Part shown: in pieces, positions 37,434 through 50,579 of the stretch
How positions within the stretch are numbered: the first letter of the stretch is position 1
Layout of the letters: each line of letters opens with the position of its first letter
Origin: Lytechinus pictus
Lineage: Eukaryota
DNA length: 64,000 bases
NCBI RefSeq assembly: GCF_037042905.1
Contig: NC_087250.1
Location: forward strand, 6,326,001 to 6,390,000
Direction: 5' to 3'
Made by a program: the position numbers and the translations under genes
Notes under the pieces: model-generated
What the model was told of the DNA's origin: nothing
The model's input: the letters and a program-made list of their open reading frames with translations, nothing else
The model's database searches: none

Positions 37434-40400
37434 ATTTAAATGGGGGGGGGGGGGGGGGGGCGCACGGGCCGGATAACCCCCTCCTCCCGGATTCACTACA
37501 TCATGCATAAAATCATGGTACTTGTGGAGGCCTCAGCCCCAGACCCCTTTCGGTTCTGTGGCTCCTGGATGGTAATAAAAAACACTAGGTCACATAGTAG
37601 ATCACAGGGGAAATTTATATAAGAGAATAAAGACGGATCCCAGGTAAAAAGATAATATAGGTTTTCATGTCCAATATCATGTCGGAGTCACTTAAATGTG
37701 TTAATTTGCATTTTAATTCACGCGATATTTTTTATCGGTCATTCAAAGTTTAGAATGGGATTCATTAGAAGACGCTATGATTCCTTTATTAACACTCAAC
37801 TCAATTCATGGCCAAGACTACCTCAACTTTGATCATTTCAATATTTATTTGTTAAGTGCTTTTGATTTCGTTCGAAGGTAAAGATGTTTGTAATTGTCTT
37901 ACAAAGTAACGAAAGTACTTTTTGTTCTGAATTTCGGGCAATGAAATTCAAGAATTGTGCATTTAATCTACAATGACCGATATGACTGCTTGAGCATCCA
38001 ATTTGATATTTAAAGTTAAAATTAATGATATTTTATTCGTTTGTTTTGCACGGCATCTGTATTATGTGTGAATATATTAGTTTCTAACATGGCAATTTTT
38101 AAACATGTATAATAAGAGTAAAATTGATGTGCACTTCGGCTAAATTAGATATAGGCCTATGTTTAGCTCAAATTTGAATTTCAACGATGTCCTTAGTGTT
38201 CATCTTTTTTCCACACACAAAAAAAAAACGCTTGCATCTTATGTATTTAATTTTTTTTTGTCACAGTAGCGTTTCAATGTATAAATTTAAATGCCATCAT
38301 TTTTGGACCCAGGTATGATTTATATTACATCTTTTGTTAGGGGCTTTGCATTTCGTTTACAAAGATGTTAAGGACAACTCCATATTTTTCACCCGACAAT
38401 GCTGACTGTGTGGGCTCAGTGTGATAAAATAAAATCTCACCCGCGCCTGAACACTTACTTTTAGAAAGTCAATATCTTAACGGTATATTCTTCAAAATAA
38501 AACAAAATGCTCGTGCTAAAGGGCTAAAGCTTAATTGTTTTATTAAAGAAATGAAATCTAAATCTAATTGAACTTTGTCATGTACTGAAACCCAAAACGA
38601 AAAATTATCAAAAGAAATTGTGAAAGCGTAACTTTGGAAAATATATACCCCACTGGACTAGGCACACCGATACAAGGACACAACGATATTCAGATCAGTG
38701 ACTAGAGATCGGGCCTAAAACACCGATATCGTGGACATAGAGGGCGCTCATGCAAAAACATCTTCTCGGAGAGCCAACCGGGGGTGTCAAAAGAAAAGAT
38801 AAAAGCGGACGCTTCCGTTTTCGCTGCAAAAGGGCACGCTGGCGTCTTGAATGGCAAGAGCACTGACCCGTAGGAAAGAAAAATGGACAATGGCACGCTC
38901 AGCGGGTTCGCCGTAGAATATAAAGGTAAAGACGCACACACACTTTTGACAAGACGCCTTATAGCCAATGTGTGGACAATTTTATGATTTTCATGGGTAA
39001 TTTTAATATTTTGGCGGCCATATTGGATTTTGCCAATTTGCAGAAAATGCTCAAGTTTACACGAGTGGCATCATTCAGATTCGGAATCAGCACCCTCGAA
39101 TTGACAAGAAACCATAAAAAAACATTGTATATATAAAAAAAAACAAGGTTCGACCCCTTCTATCCTGGACTATTATTCTATTCTTCCTTTGAGTTCTCAA
39201 TGCCCTTTTATTCAACTTCTTTTTTTATTGAAATTGTATCAAACCATTGCTTATGTTTGCGTTTATTACTACTTACTTATTGAAACGGAAAACATTCATC
39301 ATAAATACTAGTATGTTTAGAAAAAAACAACCGTAACTCACGTTTGGGTCATTTGATATCGAATTTCAACTGACATTCTGCAATCCTTTGCTGAATTCCA
39401 TTGTATTCCTATCCTTATGTTTTTTTTTTTTTTTTTCATCTAATCTTCAAAAGACAAACAGTGAATACAGCAAAATTATCTTTAAAAACTACTAAAATTA
39501 CACAATTTTATTTTTTTAATGACATCATTTGTAGCAATTGTATATTATAACAAAGAAATATAATGATAAGTCAGTCGGGTAGGTTAATGAATTAAATGGG
39601 TACATAGAAAGACATACCAGCAAATTCAAAAAGTTATTAGCTTCATGGCAAGATGTGGCATGTAATAATTGAGAAATAACATCTCCTTTTATGCGTTTAT
39701 TTTACTAGTATATGCAATGAAAAACTGAATTAGGTAAATATAAATATGCTTTTACAGACTCATCAGGTGGCCTATTAATTACATCTATCATTTTATTCTT
39801 ATAACTTATGTTCTCTATTTCAATAAATACACTCTGAAGTACTCTTTTTTATATGTTAATCAGTTTTATGCTTGTAAAACAGGTCTTCTCCTACAAAAGC
39901 ACCAACTCCCACCCTTTTCCATTTTTTATCTGATATTATATGCAACTTAAGCAGTTAAGTGAAATCCTTGAATATTGCACACGCAAAAAAAGTTTTCTTT
40001 CAAACTCAAACTATACAAAAAAAAGTAGAGATACCATCAATTATTATACATCATGGAGAAGGTAGATGAATTCATCGAATATTAAAAAGAAAGTACTATT
40101 AAGGCCATTAGGCGAGTAAAAGACTGCTCTATTCCAAAACTCCCATCTCTAATCATAGGTGATTAAATCTGAGAAACTATACTCAAATCGACATTACATG
40201 ATTGATTGCAAAGACAATACACTCAACAATCCGCTAAAAGTCTAGTAAAGAAATTTTTGACTGGAGGCCGCAGCTAAAAATAAATGAATAGTGATTATCC
40301 AACGCTTCAAGACTGATAGTCATGTGATTACTCTCTTTCAAACAGTGAAATTAAGAAATGCTACATTACGTCCGTCGATGCACCATGAAACACAAACTTT

Positions 40401-40576
40401 CTCTTTCTTCCTCGAAGCTACATTCAGTAGGTCCATATTGTGCTTTTGGAGATTCTCTACTATCACCTTTCCTGAACCTTTTGGTTTGCATTTATTTTTA
40501 TCAGGACATACTTAGATTCATACGTGGTGAATTTCACGATAATCCCGACCTTTCGTTTGAGGACGCGCACGCTTAT

Positions 40577-41660
40577 CAGGCGCGGATCCAGGAGGGGGCC
40601 GAGCCGGCCCCGGCCCCCCCCCCCCTATTTTTTGACAACCTGCAGAAAAAGTGTACTATAGGAAAAACACTAAAGAAACGTAGGAAAGAGGTATCATACC
40701 CAGGATGTGTAATTTACAACCTCGTAACGGCCGGCCCGACCCCGAAAGGAAACAATAAAAGAGTGAGGGGAAGAATTGGAAAAAGAACTTTATATAAAAA
40801 ATTTCGCTCGCGCTTCGCGCTCGCATTGCCTGTGCCAATGAATCCCATTCAAGAGGATTAAATGACACTTATATATCCAGATCTGAAATCAATTTGCACA
40901 CAATATTTTAGCTCGCACATCAACCTTTAATTATTTTGTTTGTTTTACACAAATTGTTTATATCAAAATTTTCAGCTCGCGCTGCGCGCTCGCATTGTTT
41001 GATATGTGAGTTACCTATCCTCTTTGGAAATTCTTACCAAAATTTTTCAAAATGCTCCTTTATCATGTCAGTATATAAATTAATTGAGCTTGTGCTTCGC
41101 GCTCGCATTTAATTGTTTGAGACACACAGCTTTTTCTGTATTTAAATAAAAACGCGCTTAGACTGTCCAGTTTTCAGGTCGGAATATCAAAAAATTTGAG
41201 CTCGCGCTTTGCACTCTCATTCTTTAATTGGTGATACTTGTATCCTCTTCATTAATCACTAAAAACAGTCCTATTGAGTCCCTTTTCACGTTACTATGAT
41301 AAAATTTCGGCTCGCGCTTTGCGCTCGCATTGTTTAGTTGGATACTTATCTTTTTCATGATTATAAAATCTCCTCAGAATCTTCAGGTCTAAGGACATAA
41401 AATATCAAAGAATTTGAGCTCGCGCTCGCATTATATATTAAGACCACATGAGATACCTTATGTTGTTTATAACAATAAAAACTAACATATACTTAAAACT
41501 TCAGTCTCTAGTTAGGACTACCCCCTGAACCCCCCCCCCCCCAAAAAAAAAAAAAAATAAATAAATAAAAAAATCAGATCATAGCGGCCAATCGACAAAA
41601 ATGTTGATGAAAATATTTTTCGGCCCCCCCCCCTATTGGCAAAAGCTGGATCCGCCCCTG
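40577..41660. mobile_element. CAGG(C/G)GCGGATCCAG-terminated non-autonomous element with internal GCTCGCGCTTCGCGCTCGC repeats
   Basis: caggcgcggatccag ... ctggatccgcccctg; cttat on both flanks. Confidence 0.7.
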
Positions 41661-41905
41661 CTTATTTACGACGTTAGTTGATTTTGGAAGATACTTTTTG
41701 GCCCGTCATCATAGTCGTAAAACTCTGTCCTGCAATGCAAATTGTGTGACATGAGATTTTTTTTTAGTTTCGCATCTGCGACGGAAACATTCAATATGCG
41801 TTTCGTGTGCAAAATTTTGGTTGCTACTATGGTAACAGCGATATATCCGATTGAGGACGACTTTCCAAAGCCACATTTGACTCCTCCTGGAGCTCGAGAG
41901 GCCGC

Positions 41906-42204
41906 CCGGGGGGCCTACTTCCATTGACTAGTGGATACCAGGAGCGACCACGCTTAAAAGGGGACAGAGTGGGCAGGTACGTTACGTATAGGCCTATGTA
42001 ACGTTATAAGGGTGTCAAAACGATGTTTAAAATGCTGACAAAAAGGGATATATATCAAATACTTGTAGGGTTTCACAAGCCAAATTCTTGTTAAGAGATG
42101 CATTTTCATAATCTGGAAAAGAATTACTTCCCTTGTTTAGGGTACTTTTCGAAACCCCATGGTCGTGCCTGGTATCCACTCATTAATGGAAGTGGTCCCC
42201 CCGG
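41906..42204. mobile_element. MITE with ~45-bp imperfect TIR
   Basis: ccggggggcctacttccattgactagtggataccagg vs cctggtatccactcattaatggaagtggtccccccgg. Confidence 0.65.
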
Positions 42205-44740
42205 AATTTGAATCTAATTCCCCATTTCTGGGGAAAGTAAAACATAATGCCCATTACATCGTGTGCGAGAGGCATATCGTTTGTGTAGAAGGAGTAAACA
42301 AAAGAAACAAAAGAAACAAAAGAAACAAAAAGAAACGAGTTCAAACGTATTGCATATGTTGTGCACATATCAACTCACGCGAAATGTTCGACTATGGAGA
42401 GGTTGATCTGACCCATGAAATCAATTGCCAGTGATACATCAATAATCCACATCAAATGTAATATCGAGTCGATGGACTGTAATGATATATCTAAGCCTTC
42501 ATTCAGTAAGTTTTTCCTCACTCAATATGTACTCGATTTGTTTGAAAAACCACTTTCTTATCCATGTCATAATCTATTTTAGGTCTGCATTTCGAATATC
42601 TCCAGCCATCAGTCGTAATATACATGCATGTTTGGTGCGGGTGTCGCGGAAAAGGATTTTGCACACGAAAAGCAGATCTGTAGGGCCTGTAAACCCCTGT
42701 AACACAAAGCTTAGCATTGATTGTAGAGCAGTTTTCTACGTTTGATTCTATTGACTATAATGCACAATCAATCTTAAAAATCAAGTCTATGATTAAGCGT
42801 TAACTTTTGTGTTAGGGGACCCTAATATTAGCGTCCGTGAGGATTGCGAAAGGTCCCAAATAGCACGAGGACGAGAATCTCTCTTAGCGTAGCATCCGAG
42901 TATGATTGGCGATCAGCCTGCTGATCCCTAGCATCACCTCACGCAGTATGCTAACTGAATCTTGATTACTCTCACACTCTAAAAAATGAAGTGCTGATTT
43001 AGCACTTCATTGGCTTGTAGAGTGACTGCACCATGAGTGCTGATTAAATCATTCATATTGCAACTAGAAAATCGGCACTCAATATGCAGTCACTATACAA
43101 GCCAATTAGGTGCTAAATTAACACTTCATTTTTGTCTCACCTGCAAATCAGAGTGAGACTGAAGTGACAGCATGGCTTAAAAAAATAAATAGACCTAGTT
43201 CATGAAACTTGGCCAAAAAGTTAATCAAGTATTACTAAACACCTTGCTTGAGTTACAGGTCATATGATCTAGGTCAACGGTCATCTGGGGTCAACGAACT
43301 TACACCATGTTAAGGAATCAATATCAAAATCTTAACCTAAGTTTAAGCTTTTAAAATGTCAGCATAACTTTGAAAATATATAGACCTAGTTCATGGAACT
43401 TGGACACAAGTATTACTAAACATCTTGCCTGGGTTTCAAGTCACAAGACTAAGGTCAAAGGTCATTTAGGGTCAATGAACTTTGGCCAAGTTGGGGTATA
43501 TGTTGAATTACAATCATAACTTTAAAATTTTATGGATTTCATTCATGAAACTTAGACATACAAGTAATCTTACAAGTTTATCTCGAAACATCCTGTGCGA
43601 GTTTCAGATCATATGATTAACCCTTTGCGTGCGGACCCGCGAATCCCGATACCTCTCCCTGCGGTGGAGCCGTTTTGGTACATTGCTGGTTATTGGATCT
43701 GTGGCGGTGTTTTCCCAATCAATTGCTAATTGCGCCAAACTGATGTATTTTCAGGATTTTTAGTAAATGTAAAGGTAAAAGATCAGACATTTTTCTTTCT
43801 AGAAATACAGGTTTCGCTTCTCAAATCAATAGAATAGTTAAGAAATTTATGAGGAAAAGGTCGTGTTATTTTGTAAAATCTTCGCTTTTCCCCCAAGTCA
43901 ATCGGCACTGTGTACAAAAATGCGTAAGGGCAATCAGCACGCGCGGACAGGTCAGCGCGAATTTTCCCTTGCAAGTGCGATGATGATGATTTAACACCGC
44001 GCAACGAAAGTCCGAAACTATTTTGTGATTTTTGGGGGGCTTCAAGGCGGTGGCCTCAACGTTTCACTTAATACTGTCTTTCGTATCTTTTCATAAATTA
44101 TGGTTTGTATTGCAATTTCAAAGAGTGAAGGATGTAAATAAGTTTCAAATTATATAGTGGATCTGAAATCATACCTCCCAACGCTCTCCTCGTCTCGTTC
44201 TACGTTTCATCTTTCTTTATCTTCTTTTCCCTCCAAAATAACCATGCTACCGACTACTGTTCGTCACAATGAGAGAAAGTAAAATATTTTCATCTAATGA
44301 AATTGTAACATCTAAATTAAAAGTGTTTTATTATGTTCCTTCATTTTATTCATTTTTTAACCGTTCTGGGTTTTTTTCACAATCGAAAACAAAATTAATA
44401 AATAAATCATGAAAGATTTGTATCACGTTTTGTCTCTTTCTTTTAAATCGTTCAATTAAAACAGTACAGGGGTGTTGGAGTCGGTAGGAGGCGGCAGTCC
44501 ACACCCCCCCCCCCCTTCAGGAAACATATACAAAAAGGCGAAGCATTTCTTTTTTGATAAAGTGCTGTCATGCTCAAGAAGAAAACGTTCTTGCCATTTC
44601 TTAAGCGCCTGCATGTTTTGTCAATAAACAAGTAGACATTTACATTGTTCAAATGTTACTGTCGTAATATGAAAAGCAGTACTCGTAAGAGCTTTTTGTA
44701 CTGCTAAATACGAAAAGCATAAATATCAAAATAAAACATT

Positions 44741-45394
44741 CATCACATACATGGCATATTAATAATATATTTCGTTAACAATTATGTTTTTAGTCAGTAT
44801 TCCACTCGTTTAATCTTAATAATATGCATTTTAGTGATCACTCTTGTGAATTGTTTGGCCCCCATTGCCATTGTACGCAATACTGTTTGGGCGAGTGGCG
44901 GCTATTTTAGATATCAAAATACAGAAATATTCCCATATATGACATAATAAATGATATATCTCGTTAGTAATGATGATTTGCATATATTACTTCGTTCATA
45001 CATTGCGATTTTTTGCACTTTAGTGCTCATTTATGTGAAAATTAGTTCTCCCTATTCATATTGTACATGATAAAGTATACAAGGGCCTTTGGCGGCCATT
45101 TTGAATATCAGGAAAATAAATATTTCGTCAAAATTTTTTTTATCAGAGAGTATTTCACTCCTGCCACACAATTTCATGCATTTCATAGCCAATGTGTGGA
45201 CAATTTTATGCTTTTCATGGGTAATTTGCATATTTTGGCGGCCATATTGGATTTTGCCAATTTGCGGAAAATGCTCAAGGCTACACGAGTGGCATCATCC
45301 AGATTCGTAATCAGCACCCTCGAATTGACAAGAAACCATCAAAAAATATTGTATATATAAAAAAACAAGGTTATGCCTCTTCTATCCTGGACTA
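44741..45394. mobile_element. Isolated right arm of the same Academ-type family as 28508-39172
   Basis: Similar to 30650-31083 joined to 38960-39172; ends CTATCCTGGACTA. Confidence 0.8.
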
Positions 45395-45710
45395 AGTCGG
45401 CTACACCCGGCTCCTCACCGGCATCTGTGCCGCTTCCTAGCCATCTCCAGTCCATCGGCCTGCTCCCCCTTTTCTGTCGAATGGAATTGATTTCTGATTG
45501 ATCTCCAGTTGTAGTAGATCGAGGATTGAACAGTCCAGTTGCCGTAGTGAGCAGAGTTGGAGGCTTGGGTTACCATATAGTCGTTCCCATGGTGACATGC
45601 ACTCATTTTCATTCATACTCACCTTGTTAACACTACGTTAACGGGTAAGAGACTAATTTCAATTTATCAATAGGCCTACAGACTATTATGTTCTTGTAAA
45701 ATTAGCAATT

Positions 45711-46721
45711 ATGGCGAATAACCTTTCGATATCCTCGGGCGAAGAGGATTATTTAGCAGCAGCGAGTAATAGATTTAGGCAAGCGCCAGATGAATTAGTG
45801 GTATCTTCCGATGATCATACTGTCCATGATGAGGACAGTTATGATGAATCGAATTGTTCTTGGAAAACGGCGATCAACAGAAATTCTATCCGATCGGCTA
45901 AGAAAAGGGCAAGGGTTAGGAGCAATAGCGATAGTACTTTAAATACGAAGAACAGTAAAATGCCTAAATTCTCTACTCCCACGCATTCAAGCAGGAGGGT
46001 AGTCATTGTTGGCCTTGAAAATAAGAATATTTGCAGAGCAAACCCAGTACAGGTGTTCAAAGAAATTCATAATCTGGTAGGCAATCTGAATGGGAAAGTA
46101 AAAGTGAAAAATATGATGATTTTGAAATGTGAGAATGACATACAAGTCATGAAATTGTTGGAAATAACCAAGCTTGCTGCTATAGACGTTAAAGCAATGC
46201 GTTATGAAGATAATCATGATTTCACAACGAAAGGTTTTATTCACAGAATAGATACACAGATAAGTAATGAGGAAATTGCAGAAGTATTGAAAGATCAGAA
46301 GGTAATTCATGCTAAGCGTTTTATGAAGAAAATTAATGGTGAAATAGTACCAAGCCCATCAGTTTTCATCACCTTCAAAGGCAAGAATAAACCCGAGACA
46401 GTAAACTTTCTGTATGAGCTTAAACGTGTGGACAACTTTAGTCCACCGGTGCCAAGGTGTCACAAATGTCAACTTTTTGGGCACATGAAGGAAAACTTCA
46501 AGGGTAAATTGCGCTGTGTGAGATGTGGAGGGGAACATGATTTTGAAGAGTGCCCACAAAAGGAAAATCGAAAATGCTTTAGATGTGGAGATAAACAATC
46601 GGCGGCGTATCAAGGTTGCAAAATTTACATAGAGGCAAAACAAATACAAAAGGTTAAATTGAAGGAAAACATTACATACGCACAAGCGACTAGGGTGTAT
46701 CGCACTAAAAAAATGAAATAG
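45711..46721 (+). CDS. LINE ORF1 (gag-like) with three CCHC-type zinc knuckles, partly degenerate
   Basis: CHKCQLFGH, CVRCGGEHDFEEC, CFRCGDKQSAAYQGC. Confidence 0.85.
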   Translation: MANNLSISSGEEDYLAAASNRFRQAPDELVVSSDDHTVHDEDSYDESNCSWKTAINRNSIRSAKKRARVRSNSDSTLNTKNSKMPKFSTPTHSSRRVVIVGLENKNICRANPVQVFKEIHNLVGNLNGKVKVKNMMILKCENDIQVMKLLEITKLAAIDVKAMRYEDNHDFTTKGFIHRIDTQISNEEIAEVLKDQKVIHAKRFMKKINGEIVPSPSVFITFKGKNKPETVNFLYELKRVDNFSPPVPRCHKCQLFGHMKENFKGKLRCVRCGGEHDFEECPQKENRKCFRCGDKQSAAYQGCKIYIEAKQIQKVKLKENITYAQATRVYRTKKMK

Positions 46722-47149
46722 TGGAAGAGGCAAGTAAGACCATAAGTACTAGCGACACTAAAGAAAACACTCAAAGGAAACTAAAGAATGTTGGTCCCAT
46801 TTCAAATTCAATGCCATCTGACCACGAATCAATCCAACAATCAAAGATTCCGCGCCCAATCCGAGAACAAAGGAACAATGAAGGAAGGCGGGAAAGAGAG
46901 AAGGAGTCGGGGCAAGGAACTGATTCGAATAACCAAAAGAAAGATAATGTCAACACATTAATGAGTGTAGCACCCCTGGATTTCATTATGTTTATTCTAT
47001 TTGTGATACGTAAGTTACAACAGTCTGAAAACGATGATCAGTTTTTGGAATCTGTTGTACATGCTAGTCGTTATTTCTTAAAGACAGACATAACCTTGGA
47101 AATGGTCAAGTGCCACCTTAAAGTAAAACAGTCTGTCTCTGATCTAGTA

Positions 47150-50100
47150 ATTGTCCAGTGGAATGCTCAAGGCATGGTTTCGCATGGGTCGGACTTCTAA
47201 CTTCTCTTTTTGATAATAATTTATTGGGTTCCAACCCAGACATTATTTGTATTCAGGAAACATGGTTTAATGATTTTAATGTGTCGTTCATTCCTAATTA
47301 CTTTTGTGTTTGTAGAAACAGACAGGATGGTAGGAGAGGTGGTCTGGCTATGTATTTAAAAAGGACATCGCTTTCCAGGTTATGAAAGTTCAAGAGTTAA
47401 TCGAATATCAAAGGGTAGATATTTTTTCAAAGAAAGGCATTATTTCCATTATCAATTATTATAATCCCTGTAAAAAGATTGAACTAGAAGAATTAAACTT
47501 CATTATTAGAAATGTGCCAGGGAAGCTTCTTATTCTAGGTGACTTTAATAGCCGCAATCCTCTATGGGGGAGCAGCAAGCTTGATTCCAACGGAAGAACT
47601 GTTGAATCTTTCATGGAGGTTAATGATCTAGCATTACTCAATGACGGATCACCAACAAGACTAGACCCGCACTTTGGTTCTTATTCCATGTTGGATTTAT
47701 CTATAGTCTCCAAGGAACTAGCTTGTAGTATGGAGTGGCAAGTATTGACCAATAACTTTGGCAGCGACCACAATGCAATCGTGATCAAATTAATACAGAC
47801 AAATAACGTAAATATTAAAGAAAACGCAGATATAGGTTTTAGATGGAGTTTTAGAAACGTAAACTGGGAAGAGTATAGAAAAGCAATTAAAAATGAATTA
47901 CTTAATCTAAATTACAAGAGACATTACTCGGCATGTAATTTGGATATTCAAGGACGATATGGTATACTAGTTAAGGTAATATTGAATGCTTCGAAGAGGT
48001 GTATTCGTCGAGTGCGAATAGGAGGAAAAAAACAGAGGTAAAGTAACTCCCTCGTGGAACGAAGCATGTCAAAAAGCGGTGGCGGAGAGAAATCATATTA
48101 AAAACAGATTACGAAGATATGATAGAAATTATGTTCAACTATACTTGAAAAGGAAAGCATTTGCTCAGAAGGTGCAACGGCGAGCACGATATGACTATTG
48201 GTCTAAATACTGCGGTAAAATGAATAGATTTACAGATATCGGAAAAGTATGGAAACAAGTAAAAGGGATGAGAGATAGCGCAATGAACACTCATATTTTC
48301 CACAATTTAATCGTTGACGGCAATATCATTAGTGAATCTAAAGATAAGGCTGATGCGGTCGCCCGTTTTTTCAAGTCTATTGACAGATCTTTTGATAATA
48401 ATGATCATGATGATGGTGAAAATGAAGATAATTTATGTAAGGAAATGTCGAATGATGACTGCATTAACGACGATTTTAACATGAATGAAATGAAGAATGT
48501 TTTACAAGATTTGAAAAACTCGGCGCCAGGTAAGGATGATATTCATGCGATTATGTTAATAAACTTACCCCAAATAGCGCTTGATGTCATATTAGATCTG
48601 TACAACGACATATGGAAAACCTCACATTTCCCTTGTCCTTGGTATGAAGTTGTTCAAATACCTATTTTGAAACCTGAAAAGGATCCTAGTTTAGTGTCGT
48701 CCTATAGACCTATTTCTTTATTATCAACCCTGTTTAAAGTCATGGAGAAAATGATTAAAAACCGTCTGAATTGGTTTTTAGATAATGAGAAAACGTTAAA
48801 CCCACTTCAATCAGGATTCCGCAAATATCGTAGCGTCAAAGATCATTTAGTCAGGATTGAAACAGATGTTCATTTAGCATTGAAGGAGAAAAAATATACC
48901 GTGGCAGTTTTTCTAGACCTGGAAAAGGCGTATGATTCGTTATGGAAAGGAGGTCTCTTGAAAAAATTGTCAATGTTAGATATTAATGGAAAATTATTTT
49001 TCTTTATTAGAACTTTCTTAAGAAAAAGATATTGTAACGTGAAAGTTAGCAATAGTATGTCAGAAAAGTATGTATTAGAGCACGGAATCCCGCAAGGGAG
49101 CTCATTAAGTCCTGTCATTTTTACATTGATGTTAAATGACTTAATGATTAAAGAAAGTGGAGTAAAATTATCATGTTATGCAGATGATATCGCGATTTGG
49201 TTTACTAGCTCAAACTTAGATCTGGTTCGCCAAAAGCTGCAAGAAGCCCTCCATGAAATCGAAATCTGGTGCTGGAGATGGAAATTAAATATCTCTCACA
49301 CAAAGTCTGTAGTTTTAGTTTTTACCAATAAACAAAAGAAAGATATTACTTTAAAAATAAATGGGCATGTTTTGCCTCATTGTGAGCAGTTCAAATTTCT
49401 TGGTATGTGGTTAGACTCGAAACTAACTTGGTCTAGCCACATTAATGCGATTATTGATAAATGTAAGAAAAGATTAAATTTATTACGTTGCGTTTAGGGT
49501 ACGTCCTGGGGGAATAGGTATGAAATTTTGATGATGATATACAAAGGTCTTATTTTATCTGTTTTAGACTATGGAAGTGAAATGTATGATTCTGCCTGAA
49601 GAATCCCGGAATGGCGTTTGTCCCGCCCTCCTGTGTCGTTTTGTGCTCATCGTATAATTAGAAAAAAGGATATGCTAACGGCCGAGATGAAAGCTATCGT
49701 TTTATAAAGAATTGGAATTGTGTGGAATGGTTATTTACATATATATACTGATGGATCCAAACAGGAACATTTTAGAACGGGGGCAGCATATTATGTTCCT
49801 CAATATAAAATAAAAAAGTATTTCAGGTTATCCAACGTTAGTATCATGAAAGCGGAACTCCTGGCCATTTTAATGGCACTTGAGTGGTTAGACTCCTTTG
49901 ATAAACCATGTTCAGTTGTAATTTTTGCGACTCTTTGTCATCACTGAATGTGATTGATTCATATTTCATTAAATGCTCCATTGTTAATGAAATTTTATTT
50001 AAAATTCATAAACTCAGTTTGAAAGATATCTGTATTGATTTTGAATGGATTCCCTCACATTGTGATGTTAACGGCAATGAGATCGTCGATAAAGCTGCCA

Positions 50101-50579
50101 AGAAAGGAGCCGCGAAACATTTTGTGAACATCGTTTTACCAAACACTATAAATGAACTCACATGCTCACGCATGACATTTTATAAAAGTTATAAAAGTGT
50201 CTGGCAAGCAGATTGGAATGCGTCTAGAAATGGTACATTTTTATATGCTATTCATGATAATGTTTTTAAGCAGGCATATAGAAAAGGTTTTTTCTCGGAA
50301 AGAGGAATGCCTCCTTCATCAAATCACAGTAGGTAAGTGCAAATTAAACTATTATATGTTTCAAATTAAACAGCACTCTTCCGGCCTCTGTGAGGTGTGC
50401 AAAGAATTGAGACTATTGAAAATTATAATTCATTTTGTTCAAAATATGTAAAGGAGAAACGCATTATGTTTAATAAACTTAAGATGAATGACCCGAATCT
50501 TAAACAATTGTTAATTAATCCCGATTATACACGGGAACTACTATGTTTTATATATGCCACTAACCGTTTTTATAGTTAG
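47150..50579 (+). pseudogene. LINE ORF2: APE + RT + RNase H, with frameshifts and stops
   Basis: QWNAQG, IQETW, GDFNS, GSDH; YRPISLL, FLDLEKAYD, GIPQGS, YADD; IYTDGSK, AELLAI, WIPSHC..GNEIVD. Confidence 0.9.

Larger units (their letters stand above)
31084..38958. mobile_element. 7.9-kb PIF/Harbinger-like non-autonomous element
   Basis: TTA|GGGAGCTTGTCAAAAGT ... ACTTTTGACAAGACGCC|TTA; removing it restores the Academ arm catgtactttatagcc. Confidence 0.7.
28508..39172. mobile_element. Third Academ-type non-autonomous element, interrupted by a Harbinger-like element
   Basis: TAGTCCAGGATAG...CTATCCTGGACTA; >200-bp TIR (28508-28735 vs 38960-39172); flanks cta/tta (imperfect 3-bp TSD); the host LINE is continuous across it. 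Confidence 0.75.
3270..40250 (-). mobile_element. Old degenerate CR1/L2-type (Crack-like) LINE, split into about 7 pieces by later insertions (ends approximate)
   Basis: Collinear minus-strand remnants: APE (NIQG ~39970, GGVG ~39900, RPP ~39770), CGVPQG ~27640, LCADDT ~25815, KLLGVH ~17170, VSKAVGVIYRLR ~4290, and a (TCAAA/TCAAT)n-like tail at ~3275-3295. Confidence 0.7.
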
